From Gammaproteobacteria bacterium (GTDB lineage Bacteria > Pseudomonadota > Gammaproteobacteria > Ga0077536), in assembly GCA_050186725.1 (NCBI GenBank), contig JBFWYG010000008.1, forward strand, positions 32,899-96,898: 64,000 nt of DNA. The letters run 5' to 3'. Of the stretch, positions 1 through 8,883 are shown piece by piece (position 1 is the first letter of the stretch; every line of letters starts with the position of its first letter). The notes under the pieces were generated by a model that worked only from the letters and a program-made list of their open reading frames with translations, had not been told where the DNA came from and ran no database searches. The translations under genes were made by a program, and so were the position numbers.

Positions 1-731
1 GCGTTCTCGACCTTGGGCGCGACCAGCAGCACGCGCCCGCCCTTCGCGCTCGTGATGCGCGCGCCCTTCCGCACTTCGACGGCGCCGGCCGCGCCGCTAT
101 GGTCGAAAGCTGGTTCTGGCGTGGGGTTGCCGGCCGCGTCGGTCTTGCGGATGGCGGCGGTCAGTCCACCGGCGAGGAATTCCTGGTCGTCCCACAGCTT
201 CAGGGTGGAGGCCGTCAGCGAATGGGTGTCGACCTTCGCCTGCGGCCCGAACACGATGCCGTTCTGGTTGATGACATAGACTTCGCCCGGCGCCTTCACC
301 TGGCCGTTGATGAAGCTCTGCGGATTGGTCTTGCCGAGCACGCGGTTCAGCGCCACGGCGGCGCTGCCGAATTTCTGTTCGAATTCGACCTTGTAGCCGG
401 CGCCGACGTCGAAGCTCTCCCAGTTGTAGAGTTCGCGCTGGCGCGGCTGGCGAATGGTCATCGTGCGGCCGTTGACCGCGCGGGCCGGCGCGCCGGGCCC
501 GGGCGCCGCCCAACTGTTCACGCCGCCCGTGCAGTTGCCCGACGCGCACACGCGCGGCAGCTCACGACCCTGCGGTGGATTCTGCGCCGCCACCGGCCGC
601 ACCAAGAGGGAGATCGCGAGCGAGAGCGGGAGCAGGCGCAGGGGCGCGGGGAGACGAAGCAAGGGCGCGGTCCTCGAGGACGGGGCGGTCGACCGTGGCG
701 GTCGCGGTCGCGCGCATTGTCTTGGCGCCAT
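1..731 (-). CDS. Partial (5' end in window, extends past left edge) two-partner-secretion exoprotein TpsA / filamentous haemagglutinin N-terminal (TPS) domain protein
   Basis: Minus-strand frame from ATG 731..729 is open to base 1 (checked by hand; not in the ORF track because it has no stop in the window). Translation: MAPRQCARPRPPRSTAPSSRTAPLLRLPAPLRLLPLSLAISLLVRPVAAQNPPQGREL...RQRELYNWESFDVGAGYKVEFEQKFGSAAVALNRVLGKTNPQSFINGQVKAPGEVYVINQNGIVFGPQAKVDTHSLTASTL. There is a long signal peptide. SAAVALNRV, YVINQNGIVFG and LTASTL match the conserved TPS-domain (PF05860-type) motifs of TpsA/FhaB/HxuA-like proteins. Confidence 0.6.
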   Translation of the reverse strand, partial: MAPRQCARPRPPRSTAPSSRTAPLLRLPAPLRLLPLSLAISLLVRPVAAQNPPQGRELPRVCASGNCTGGVNSWAAPGPGAPARAVNGRTMTIRQPRQRELYNWESFDVGAGYKVEFEQKFGSAAVALNRVLGKTNPQSFINGQVKAPGEVYVINQNGIVFGPQAKVDTHSLTASTLKLWDDQEFLAGGLTAAIRKTDAAGNPTPEPAFDHSGAAGAVEVRKGARITSAKGGRVLLVAPKVEN

Positions 732-849
732 GTTAAGGATTCGTGACAGCGGGGCGGTCGCTGGCGCGACGTCGACCATTCGAGCAAGACCGGCACGCCT
801 CGGCGCCGCGCCGTGGCGTGGCGTTGCGCGACCATGCCTTGCCGCTCGG

Positions 850-1290
850 ATCCGTCAGGCCTGCGAACCTCGTCATGCAGCGGCTCCGTCGACCGCCCAT
901 GGACCCTCGCTTGCGCGAGGATGACGGTGTAGTGAGGATGATGTGGACCGTTACGGACTGCCGTTTCGCCCAGGTCCGTCATGCCTGCGTAAGCAGGCAT
1001 CCATCAGCCTCGCCAACCGCCCATGCACCCTCGCTTGCTCGAGGGTGACGGTGTCTAAGCGAAGTCGCAGACCGTTCTGCCGCCAATAAGTACCCCAGGC
1101 CCGTCATTCCTGCGAAAGCAGGAATCCATCGGCCTCGCCGACCGCCAATGGACCCTCGCTTGCACCCGAGGGTGAAGGTGTAGTGAGGATGATGTAGAGC
1201 GCGACGGACTGCCGTGTCGTCCCGATCCGTCATGCCTGCGAAAGCAGGCATCCATCGGTCTCCACGGCCGCACCGACCTCGCCGTCAGAA
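850..1290. repeat. Three tandem ~130-bp direct repeats (plus a degenerate partial copy), each with two hairpins (CCCTCGCTTGC-N-GAGGG and GTCATGCCTGCG-AAA/TAA-GCAGGCATCC)
   Basis: Direct repeat units seen by eye at ~897-1019, ~1020-1143 and ~1144-1290. The ORF-track peptides PAFAGMTD and PAYAGMTD on both strands are translation artefacts of these repeats. Lies between the tpsA-like start (731) and gspC. Confidence 0.7.
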
Positions 1291-1355
1291 CGCGGGTGGG
1301 AATCACCACACCAGCCCACGCGAAGGGATGTGCTATAACGCGCGCAATCCCGTCA

Positions 1356-2186
1356 ATGGAACCCGATGTGTCGCAAGCCGGATGGCCACCGCGCGCGGTG
1401 CTCATGCCCACCCTGGCGCTGGCGCTCACGAGCGTCCTCGCGCTGAGCTTGGTGGTGCGTACCACGCTCGCGGTGCGCGGCCTGCGCGCCGATGCGCCAC
1501 GGGTCACGGCCGTGGGAGCCGCCACGGCTACTGCGCCGCCGAGCGCCACGCCCGATCTGCGCAGCCTCGCCGCGAGCGATCTGTTCGGTCATTTCGATCC
1601 GGCCAGTGACGAGGCGACCACCCGCGCGAGCGACGCGCCCACCAAGCAAGCGCCGGCGCCGCTCGCGTCGGACACTCCGCCCGACGCGCTGCCCGAGGCG
1701 AGTCTCGCGCTCAGCCTGCAGGGCATCTTGTTCGACGACAATCCGGCCGACCGCCGCGCCATCATCGGCGGCGACGGTCCGCGTATCGAGGCCCGTCGCG
1801 TCGGCGACGACCTGCGCGGCGCGACCATCAAGTTCATCGAGGCGCGCCGCGTGGTGGTCGAACAGGACGGCGAGCTGAAGGCACTGCTGCTGAAGGATCC
1901 CAAGCTCGGCGCGGGCGCCGCGCCAGGCCAGGCCGGCCTGCCGCAGGGCGCCTCCGATCCCTATGGCGCGATGCGCCGTGGCGCGGTGCCGCCCGCCTCT
2001 GCCCAGGCCTTCCAGCCGCTGCCCACCGACTACACCGAGCCCGAACCCGAGCCCGAACCCGAGCCGCCCGAGGAACTGCCCATGGACGATACGGCGACCT
2101 ATGACTACGCGCCCGAGGTCTCCGACCCCGCCGCGCTCGACAGCGAGGATCCCGCCGCCGGCATGGACGACGGCAGCTACCAATGA
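1356..2186 (+). CDS. gspC: Type II secretion system protein GspC-like (TM segment + HR domain, no PDZ; Pro/Glu-rich acidic C-terminus)
   Basis: Segment LSLQGILFDDNPADRRAIIGGDGPRIEARRVGDDLRGATIKFIEARRVVVEQDGELKALLL matches the GspC/XcpP homology-region (HR) pattern (LxGxxxxxD..RxAII...G.....VGD.I.GA.I..I...RV.LE..G....L.L). N-terminal hydrophobic segment MPTLALALTSVLALSLVV. Immediately upstream of gspD. Start chosen at the internal Met (residue 21 of the track ORF). Confidence 0.55.
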   Translation: MEPDVSQAGWPPRAVLMPTLALALTSVLALSLVVRTTLAVRGLRADAPRVTAVGAATATAPPSATPDLRSLAASDLFGHFDPASDEATTRASDAPTKQAPAPLASDTPPDALPEASLALSLQGILFDDNPADRRAIIGGDGPRIEARRVGDDLRGATIKFIEARRVVVEQDGELKALLLKDPKLGAGAAPGQAGLPQGASDPYGAMRRGAVPPASAQAFQPLPTDYTEPEPEPEPEPPEELPMDDTATYDYAPEVSDPAALDSEDPAAGMDDGSYQ

Positions 2187-2293
2187 AGCGCATCATCGCA
2201 GCGCGCGCGGCGGGCCGCCGGCCCGGGCGGCCTGGCCCGTTCTGCTAACATCGCGGGCCAGTCGCGCCTCGCACTCCGGAGTATTCGAGCATC

Positions 2294-4312
2294 GTGCCTT
2301 CGACCCCAAGACGCCCGCGCGCCCTCGCGGCCCTGCTCTCCCTGGTGCTGCTCTCCTGCCTCGCGTTGTGCTCGCCGGCGTGGGCCGAGGACGACGACGC
2401 TGAAGGCTTGGTGCCGAAGGACGACGGCACCTTCACCCTGAACCTGCGCGACGCCGACGTGCGCGCCTTCATCGCCGCCATCGCAGACGTGACCCACAAG
2501 AACTTCGTGGTGGACCCGCGGGTGAAGGGCAACGTCACGGTGATCTCCGCCGCGCCCACCAGTCCCGACGCGCTCTACGACGTGTTCCTGTCGGTCTTGA
2601 AGGTGCACGGCTTCGCCGCCATTCCGAGCGGCAACGTGATCAAGATCGTGCCCGACGCGACCGCCAAGCAGGAGGGTCAGGACACCCCGGCAACCTATAT
2701 CGCGCGTGACAACGACGCGCTGGTGACCGCCGTCATTCCGGTCAAGCACGTCAGCGCCCCCGAACTGGTGGCGGTGCTGCGTCCACTGCTGCCCCAGGAG
2801 GCTCACCTGGCCGGCCTCGCCGCCAGCAACGTGCTGGTGATCGCCGATTCAGGCGTCAACGTGCGACGCATGATGCGCCTGGTGGCGGACCTCGACACCG
2901 CCACGCCCAAGTCGACCGAGATCTACGAACTCAAGCACGCCGACGCCGAGGAAGTGGTGAAGGTGATGAACGCGCTGTCGGGCGACCCGGCGCGGCCGCA
3001 GGCGCCCGGCCTGCCGGGCCCGCAGTTCGTGGCCTACGCGCGGACCAACACCGTGCTGATGCTCGCGCCGCCCGGCGCGTTGCAGGGCTATCGACGGCTG
3101 ATCGAGGCGCTGGACGTCCCCGATCGGGGTCCCGAGGCGGTGGAAGTGGTGCCGCTGCGATTCGCGACCGCGGCGGATCTCGTGCCGGTGCTGCAGGGCG
3201 TGCTGAGCGGTGAGTCCATGCCCCAGCAGAGCTTCGACATGGGCGGCGGCCAGAGCAACGACAGCAGCGGCGGGACCGGGCGGCGCAACGCCGTGCGCAA
3301 TGCCGGTTTCGGCGGCATGGAGCCGCTCCCGGGCGGCGCCAACATCCAGGCCGATGAAGCCACCAACACCCTCATCCTGCAGGCGCCGCCGCGCCAGATG
3401 AAGATGCTGCGCGACGTCATCTCCAAGCTCGACGTGCGGCGCAACCAGGTGCTGGTCGAAGGCATCATCGCCGAACTCACCACTCAGCGTGGCACCGAAC
3501 TCGGCATCCAGTGGCGCACCTCGGATACCGTCGACGGCGTCGCCACCGGTACGCGCTTTCCCGGCAACATCTCGGGCGGTATCGACGACGCGGTCACCAG
3601 CGGCCAGCTCGCGCTGTTGAACGGCTTCACGCTCGGCTACCTGCGCAACGGTGACATTCGCGCGCTGCTGCGCGCCTTCGCCGGTGACCGCTACACCAAC
3701 GTGCTGTCCACGCCCACGCTCATGACCCTCGACAACGCCGAGGCCGAGATCGTGGTCGGCCAGAACGTGCCCTTCGTCACCGGCCAGTTCACCAACCAGA
3801 CGACCACGCCCGACAGTCCATTCCAGACCATCGAGCGCAAGGACGTCGGCATCCTGTTGAAGGTCAAGCCGCAGATCAACGACGGAGGCACCGTGACGCT
3901 GGAACTCGAGCAGGAGGTGTCGAGCGTCGACTCCTCCACCGCCGGCGCTGACCTCATCACCAACAAGCGCGCGATCAAGACCACGGTGCTGGTGGACGAC
4001 AGTGACATCGTGGTGCTCGGCGGGCTCATTCAGAACAATCTCACTGAGAACGCGCAGAAGGTGCCGTGGGTGGGTGACATTCCGATCCTGGGCCACCTGT
4101 TCAAGAACACCCGCGACGATCACACCAAGACCAACCTGATGGTGTTCCTGCGCCCGACCATCATCACCGACCGCGAGGGCAACCACAGCACCGCGGTCGC
4201 GCGCTACGATTTCATCCGCTCGCGCCAGGACGCCGAGGAACCGCGGCGTCGCGGCAACCTGATCCACGCTCCCGCGCCGCGCCTGCCGGCGCCGGACGGT
4301 CTGCTGGAATGA
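2294..4312 (+). CDS. gspD: Type II secretion system secretin GspD
   Basis: 672 aa; signal peptide, N0/N1 domains (NVIKIVP, VKHVSAPELVAVLRPLL) and C-terminal secretin domain (VVLGGLIQN, LMVFLRPTII). GTG start. The stop overlaps the gspE ATG (ATGA). Confidence 0.9.
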   Translation: MPSTPRRPRALAALLSLVLLSCLALCSPAWAEDDDAEGLVPKDDGTFTLNLRDADVRAFIAAIADVTHKNFVVDPRVKGNVTVISAAPTSPDALYDVFLSVLKVHGFAAIPSGNVIKIVPDATAKQEGQDTPATYIARDNDALVTAVIPVKHVSAPELVAVLRPLLPQEAHLAGLAASNVLVIADSGVNVRRMMRLVADLDTATPKSTEIYELKHADAEEVVKVMNALSGDPARPQAPGLPGPQFVAYARTNTVLMLAPPGALQGYRRLIEALDVPDRGPEAVEVVPLRFATAADLVPVLQGVLSGESMPQQSFDMGGGQSNDSSGGTGRRNAVRNAGFGGMEPLPGGANIQADEATNTLILQAPPRQMKMLRDVISKLDVRRNQVLVEGIIAELTTQRGTELGIQWRTSDTVDGVATGTRFPGNISGGIDDAVTSGQLALLNGFTLGYLRNGDIRALLRAFAGDRYTNVLSTPTLMTLDNAEAEIVVGQNVPFVTGQFTNQTTTPDSPFQTIERKDVGILLKVKPQINDGGTVTLELEQEVSSVDSSTAGADLITNKRAIKTTVLVDDSDIVVLGGLIQNNLTENAQKVPWVGDIPILGHLFKNTRDDHTKTNLMVFLRPTIITDREGNHSTAVARYDFIRSRQDAEEPRRRGNLIHAPAPRLPAPDGLLE

Positions 4313-5775
4313 ACGTGCCCTTCGCCTTTGCCCGCCGCCACGGCGTGTTCGTGCGCGCGGCGGAGCACGGCGAGACCCTGGTGTGCCGTCCCGGCGCGTC
4401 GCTCGCCGCGTTGGCGGAGGCGCAGCGCGTGGCGGGTGGCCTGCTGCCGCTCGCGCCCTTGAGCGACGACCAGTTCGAGACCGAACTGCAGCGCGCCTAC
4501 GAAGGCGCCGCGCAGGGCAATGGCCAGAGCATGGCGGAGTTCGGCGGCGAGTTCGACCTGGCGGATCTCGCCGAGGAACTGCGCGAGCCGACCGATCTGC
4601 TGGAGAGCGCGGACGACGCGCCGATCATCAGGCTGATCAACGCGGTGATCAGCGAGGCGATCCGCGAGAACGCCTCGGACATCCACGTCGAACCGTTCGA
4701 ATCGCGTCTCTCGATCCGCCTGCGCGTGGACGGCGTGCTGCGCCAGGTGATGGAGCCGCCGGCCGCCATCGGCCCGCTGCTGGTGTCGCGCATCAAGATC
4801 ATGGCCAAGCTCGACATCGCCGAGAAGCGCGTGCCGCAGGACGGGCGCATCTCGCTTCGCATCGCCAACCGCCCGGTGGACGTGCGCGTCTCGACCATCC
4901 CGTCCGGCAGCGGCGAGCGCGTGGTGCTGCGTCTGCTGGACAAGCAGGCCGGCCGCCTGCAGCTGGAACAGATCGGCATGGACGACGAGACCACCGCCGG
5001 CATCGACCAGATCATCCACCTGCCCCACGGCATCTTTCTCGTCACCGGCCCCACCGGCTCGGGCAAGACCACCACGCTGTACGCGGCGCTGGCGCGCATC
5101 AACGATCGCAGCCGCAACATCATGACGGTCGAGGATCCGATCGAGTACTACATCGACGGCATCGCCCAGACCCAGGTCAATACCAAGGTCGACATGACCT
5201 TCGCGCGCGGCCTGCGCGCCATCCTGCGCCAGGATCCGGACGTGGTGATGGTCGGCGAGATTCGCGACATCGAGACCGCGCAGATCGCCATCCAGGCGAG
5301 TCTCACCGGCCATCTCGTGCTCTCGACGCTGCACACCAATTCCGCGGTCGGCGCGCTGACCCGCCTGGCCGACATGGGCACCGAGCCCTTCCTGCTGGCC
5401 TCGAGCCTGGTCGGCGTGCTGGCGCAGCGCCTGGTACGGCGCCTGTGCCCCCACTGCCGCCAACCGGTCGCGCCGGACGCGGCGCTCGCCGCGCGCCTCG
5501 CGCTGCCGCTGGCCGAGCTCGAGCGGCACACGGTGTTCGAGGCCACCGGCTGCGCGCGCTGCATGCAGATCGGTTTTCGTGGTCGCACGGCCATCTACGA
5601 GTTCGTGTCCATCGACAAGGAAGTGCGTCGCCTCATCCACGACAACGCCGGCGAGCCGGTGATCGAGGAATACGTGCGTCGCCATTCCCCCAGCCTGTTC
5701 GCCAACGGCCGCGCCAAGGTGCTGGCCGGCGAGACCACCGCCGAGGAACTCATCCGCGTCACCACCGCGAGCTGA
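4309..5775 (+). CDS. gspE: Type II secretion ATPase GspE
   Basis: 488 aa; Walker A VTGPTGSGKTTTLYAAL, tetracysteine motif CPHC...CARC, and EIRD box typical of GspE/PilB-family ATPases. Confidence 0.9.
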   Translation: MNVPFAFARRHGVFVRAAEHGETLVCRPGASLAALAEAQRVAGGLLPLAPLSDDQFETELQRAYEGAAQGNGQSMAEFGGEFDLADLAEELREPTDLLESADDAPIIRLINAVISEAIRENASDIHVEPFESRLSIRLRVDGVLRQVMEPPAAIGPLLVSRIKIMAKLDIAEKRVPQDGRISLRIANRPVDVRVSTIPSGSGERVVLRLLDKQAGRLQLEQIGMDDETTAGIDQIIHLPHGIFLVTGPTGSGKTTTLYAALARINDRSRNIMTVEDPIEYYIDGIAQTQVNTKVDMTFARGLRAILRQDPDVVMVGEIRDIETAQIAIQASLTGHLVLSTLHTNSAVGALTRLADMGTEPFLLASSLVGVLAQRLVRRLCPHCRQPVAPDAALAARLALPLAELERHTVFEATGCARCMQIGFRGRTAIYEFVSIDKEVRRLIHDNAGEPVIEEYVRRHSPSLFANGRAKVLAGETTAEELIRVTTAS

Positions 5776-5786
5776 GCGCGCCCGGC

Positions 5787-7004
5787 ATGCCCGCCTACGA
5801 CTACCTGGCCTTGACCGCGAGCGGCGCGCGCCAGCGCGGCGTCACCGAGGCCGACACCGAACAGCAGGCGCGCCAGCGTCTGCGTGACCAGGGACTCGTG
5901 CCGCTCAGCGTCGAAGCCAGCCGGCGCGGCAGCGGCGTCGCCAACCGGCGTCGCGCCTTCGGCCGCGGCGCGCGGCTGTCCGGCGACCAGGTGGTGCTGT
6001 TCACGCGCCTGCTCGCCACGCTGCTGAATTCCGGCCTGCCGCTCGACGACGCGCTGACCGCGCTCTCCAAGCAGTCGGAGAGCGCGGACTTCAAGCGCGT
6101 CGCGCTCGACGTGCGCGCGCGCGTGCTGGAAGGCCATGGCCTGGCCGCGGGCCTCGACCAGTTCCCGCGCATCTTTCCGCCGGTGTACCGCGCGACCGTC
6201 GCGGCCGGCGCGCAGACCCGGCATCTGCCGACGGTGCTGGCGCGGCTCGCGGAGTTTCTCGAAGAACGCCAGAAGATTGCCTCGCGGCTCAAGGTCGCGA
6301 TGATCTACCCGGCCGTGTTGTCGGTGGTCGCCGCGGCGGTGGTCACCGGCCTGCTCGGCTACGTGGTGCCCGAGGTGGTGAAGGTCTTCACCGAGATGCA
6401 CCGCGAACTGCCGGCGCTGACCCGCGGGCTGATCGCCACCAGCGATTTCGTACGCGCCTGGGGGTGGGCGGTGGCATTGGTATTGGCGGCGCTCACCTGG
6501 CTGCTGCGCGCGGTGTTCGCGCGGCCCGCGCCGCGTCTCGCGCGCGACGGGTTCGCGCTGCGCGTGCCGCTGGTCGGCACCCTGATCCGCGAGGCCGATG
6601 CCGGACGCTTCGCGCGCACGCTGGCCATCCTGCTCGGCAGTGGTCTCTCCATGCTCGAAGCGCTGCACATCGCCGGCAAGGCGGTCGCGAACCGCGCCAC
6701 CGCGCTCGAGCTGGACGCCGCCATCGAACGCGTGCGCGAAGGCGCGGCGCTGTCGCAGGCCTTGAGCCGTGTACGAGGCTTTCCGCCGCTCCTCGCCCAC
6801 CTGGTCGCGAACGGCGAGAACTCGGGCGAACTGCCGCGCATGCTGGACTCCGCGGCGGATGCCCACGAACGCAGCATGCAGGTCAAGATAGCCGTGCTGA
6901 TGGGCCTCGCCGAGCCTCTGCTGATCCTGCTGATGGGCGCGATCGTGCTGGTGATCGTGCTCGCCATCCTGCTGCCGATCTTCGACATGAACCGGCTGGT
7001 GTAA
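5787..7004 (+). CDS. gspF: Type II secretion inner-membrane platform protein GspF
   Basis: 405 aa starting MPAYDYLALTASG, with two GspF/PilC-type repeats (LLNSGLPLDDAL... and LLGSGLSMLEAL...). Start derived by counting from the stop at 7004 inside the artefactual 873-aa track ORF. Confidence 0.85.
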   Translation: MPAYDYLALTASGARQRGVTEADTEQQARQRLRDQGLVPLSVEASRRGSGVANRRRAFGRGARLSGDQVVLFTRLLATLLNSGLPLDDALTALSKQSESADFKRVALDVRARVLEGHGLAAGLDQFPRIFPPVYRATVAAGAQTRHLPTVLARLAEFLEERQKIASRLKVAMIYPAVLSVVAAAVVTGLLGYVVPEVVKVFTEMHRELPALTRGLIATSDFVRAWGWAVALVLAALTWLLRAVFARPAPRLARDGFALRVPLVGTLIREADAGRFARTLAILLGSGLSMLEALHIAGKAVANRATALELDAAIERVREGAALSQALSRVRGFPPLLAHLVANGENSGELPRMLDSAADAHERSMQVKIAVLMGLAEPLLILLMGAIVLVIVLAILLPIFDMNRLV

Positions 7005-7048
7005 TCAGATCGATACGGGGACACATGGGGAGAGACCCCGTATCTGCA

Positions 7049-7125
7049 CGGCCGATTGAAATCGGCCCTACATCGGAGCCTGCTGTAGGGCGGGTTTCAA
7101 CCCGCCATTCGGTTCCAGAGCGCAC
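7049..7125. repeat. REP-like double-hairpin intergenic element (GGCCGATTGAAATCGGCC + GTAGGGCGGGTTTCAACCCGCC + ATTCGGTTCCAGAGC linker)
   Basis: The same composite element recurs at 23117-23348, 28629-28725, 43987-44165 and 45207-45297. Confidence 0.7.
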
Positions 7126-7144
7126 CATGGAGTGTCGGGTGCGA

Positions 7145-7193
7145 ATTCGGGGACAGACCACGGTTTCTGCGAAACCGTGGTCTGTCCCCGAAT
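7145..7193. repeat. Perfect 23-bp-stem/3-nt-loop palindrome (ATTCGGGGACAGACCACGGTTTC tgc GAAACCGTGGTCTGTCCCCGAAT) at the convergence point of gspF and gspM
   Basis: Reverse complement verified by hand. No flanking T-tract, so not a canonical intrinsic terminator. Unique in this window. Confidence 0.8.
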
Positions 7194-7210
7194 ATGCCTG
7201 CGACCCGCGC

Positions 7211-7693
7211 TCACCGCCCCTTCAACGTCAGATCCGCCCGCACCACCCCTGGCGCCTGCGCCTCGATGTTCGCCCGCTCCAGTTCCACGCCGGCCTCCTG
7301 GTCCAGGCTCACCAGCCAGGCCGCGAGCTTGGCGTAGGGAATGTCTTCCAGGTAGAGCGACAGCGCGCGCGCGCCGACCGGGGCCATCTTGCGCGCGTGG
7401 GGCTGGACGTCGGCGGCCTTGGCGCTGCTGGTGACGACCGCTAGCAGCGAGGCGTTCGGCGCGAGGCGCGCGCGCGCCGGCGCCTGGGCGCCGAGGGCCT
7501 GCGCTTCGGCGGCCACCTCGGTGAGATGGGCGCCGAGATCCCGCGCCGCGGCGAGCCGCGTGGCGAGACGCGCGTTGGCCTCGCTCATCGGATCGAGCAC
7601 CAGCAGGAAGTACAGCGCGGCGGCGACCGTCAGCGCGCCGACGGTCAGAAGCACTTTCTCCGAGTCGCTGCGCGCGGCGAACCAGGCGTTCAT
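7211..7693 (-). CDS. gspM: Type II secretion system protein GspM
   Basis: 160 aa; short cytoplasmic N-terminus, single TM (LLTVGALTVAAALYFLLVL), periplasmic domain. Position downstream of gspL. Confidence 0.6.
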   Translation of the reverse strand: MNAWFAARSDSEKVLLTVGALTVAAALYFLLVLDPMSEANARLATRLAAARDLGAHLTEVAAEAQALGAQAPARARLAPNASLLAVVTSSAKAADVQPHARKMAPVGARALSLYLEDIPYAKLAAWLVSLDQEAGVELERANIEAQAPGVVRADLTLKGR

Positions 7694-8883
7694 CAGGAAC
7701 CCACCTGCACGCGCAGTCGGGCCACGACCTTGCCGTCCGCGGCCTCGGCGCTGACCGTCTCAGCGCCGAGCCCGGCGCCAAGCAGTGCGCCACGCAGGGC
7801 CTCGACGGCGTCCATGCCCGCCACTTCCACGCCGAGTTCCAGCAGGCCGCCGGCGAAGCTCGCCAGCGTCACGCGGGTGTCTTTCGGAAACTCGTTCTGG
7901 CGCACCTGTTCGATGCGCGCTAGCAGATCGAGCAGGCGCGGGGTGGCGGTGCTGCCGCCGCGCAGCGCGGCCAGCGCCTGGTCGGCTTGCACGCGCGGAT
8001 TGACCAGGCGCGTGACCTCGGGAAAGGTCGCGCGGAACAACGCTTCGTTGGCCGCGTTCTGGGCGCTCGCCTCCCGTTCCAGGACGCTGTGCTGCCAGGC
8101 GAGCAAGGCCGGCCAGGCCAGCACCGTCAACGCCGCGACCGCCGCCGCCGCGCGCCACAGCCGACCCGCCCGCGCGCGCTGCGCGCTCATGCTGGCGGTC
8201 TCGAACAGGCGCAGGTCCGCCTCGTCCGCGAGCGTCGCGAGTTGCTCGCCGGGCGTGAGCGGCGCGCGCCACACCACCTCCAGCCCTTGCAGGGCGGCGC
8301 GCGGCCAGGCCTCGGGTTCAGCGTTCGCCAGCACCACCACGCGCGCGGTGTCCGGCAGCTGCTGGCGCAGCAGGGGCAGCAGCCCGGCGAGGCCCGCGAG
8401 GTCGGTCTTGAACGCTTCGCCCGCGGCGGTGCGCAGCAGCGCCGAGTCGCCGTCCAGGGCGATGGTCCAGCCGTCCTGCGTGCGCGGCAGACCGCAGGCC
8501 TCGGGCAGCACCAGGCGCGGCTCGAGGCCGGCGTTGCGCAGCGCCTCGCCGAGCGCCTCGCGCCACGCGCGTTCGATAGCCGCCAGCGCGTAGCGGCCAT
8601 CACCGCGCGCGGCCAGCGCGAAATGGAGTTCGTCCAGCGGCTGCGCGAGGCGCTCCTCGGCGGCAAAAGGCGCGGCCTGGCGCGCGGTGCGCAGGTCGGC
8701 GACCGGCAGTTCCAGTATCAGCAGCGTGACCCGCGCGGCGTCCACCAGCAGCACGCACTCGCGTCCCGCGAGCGCGGTGGCGAAGACCGGCAGTCCGTCG
8801 CTGCGCGCGCGACCGTCGTCGTCTCGCCAGTGCAGGCGCATGCAGTCCTGCGGGTCGACTCGCGCGATCAGCGTGTCATTCAT
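7693..8883 (-). CDS. gspL: Type II secretion system protein GspL
   Basis: 396 aa; size and position between gspK and gspM; N-terminal cytoplasmic domain, central TM, periplasmic C-terminus. 1-nt ATGA-type overlap with gspM. Confidence 0.55.
   Translation of the reverse strand: MNDTLIARVDPQDCMRLHWRDDDGRARSDGLPVFATALAGRECVLLVDAARVTLLILELPVADLRTARQAAPFAAEERLAQPLDELHFALAARGDGRYALAAIERAWREALGEALRNAGLEPRLVLPEACGLPRTQDGWTIALDGDSALLRTAAGEAFKTDLAGLAGLLPLLRQQLPDTARVVVLANAEPEAWPRAALQGLEVVWRAPLTPGEQLATLADEADLRLFETASMSAQRARAGRLWRAAAAVAALTVLAWPALLAWQHSVLEREASAQNAANEALFRATFPEVTRLVNPRVQADQALAALRGGSTATPRLLDLLARIEQVRQNEFPKDTRVTLASFAGGLLELGVEVAGMDAVEALRGALLGAGLGAETVSAEAADGKVVARLRVQVGS

Noticed and set aside
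743-1251. Short ORFs encoding PAFAGMTDR / PAYAGMTDLGE repeat peptides
   Set aside because: They are translations of the tandem hairpin repeat array on both strands. They are not independent genes.
4383-7004. 873-aa + ORF overlapping gspE
   Set aside because: The out-of-frame Arg/Gly-rich translation across gspE is an artefact. The real gene is gspF, starting at ATG 5787.
7145-7193. Palindrome as a rho-independent terminator
   Set aside because: The stem is perfect, but neither strand has a U-tract after it. It is kept as a structural feature only.
6464-7793. ORFs 6464-7444(+) and 7068-7793(-) containing RGQTTVS.KPWSVPE
   Set aside because: Both read through the REP element and the 49-bp palindrome, giving mirror-image peptides. 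They also overlap gspF and gspM.
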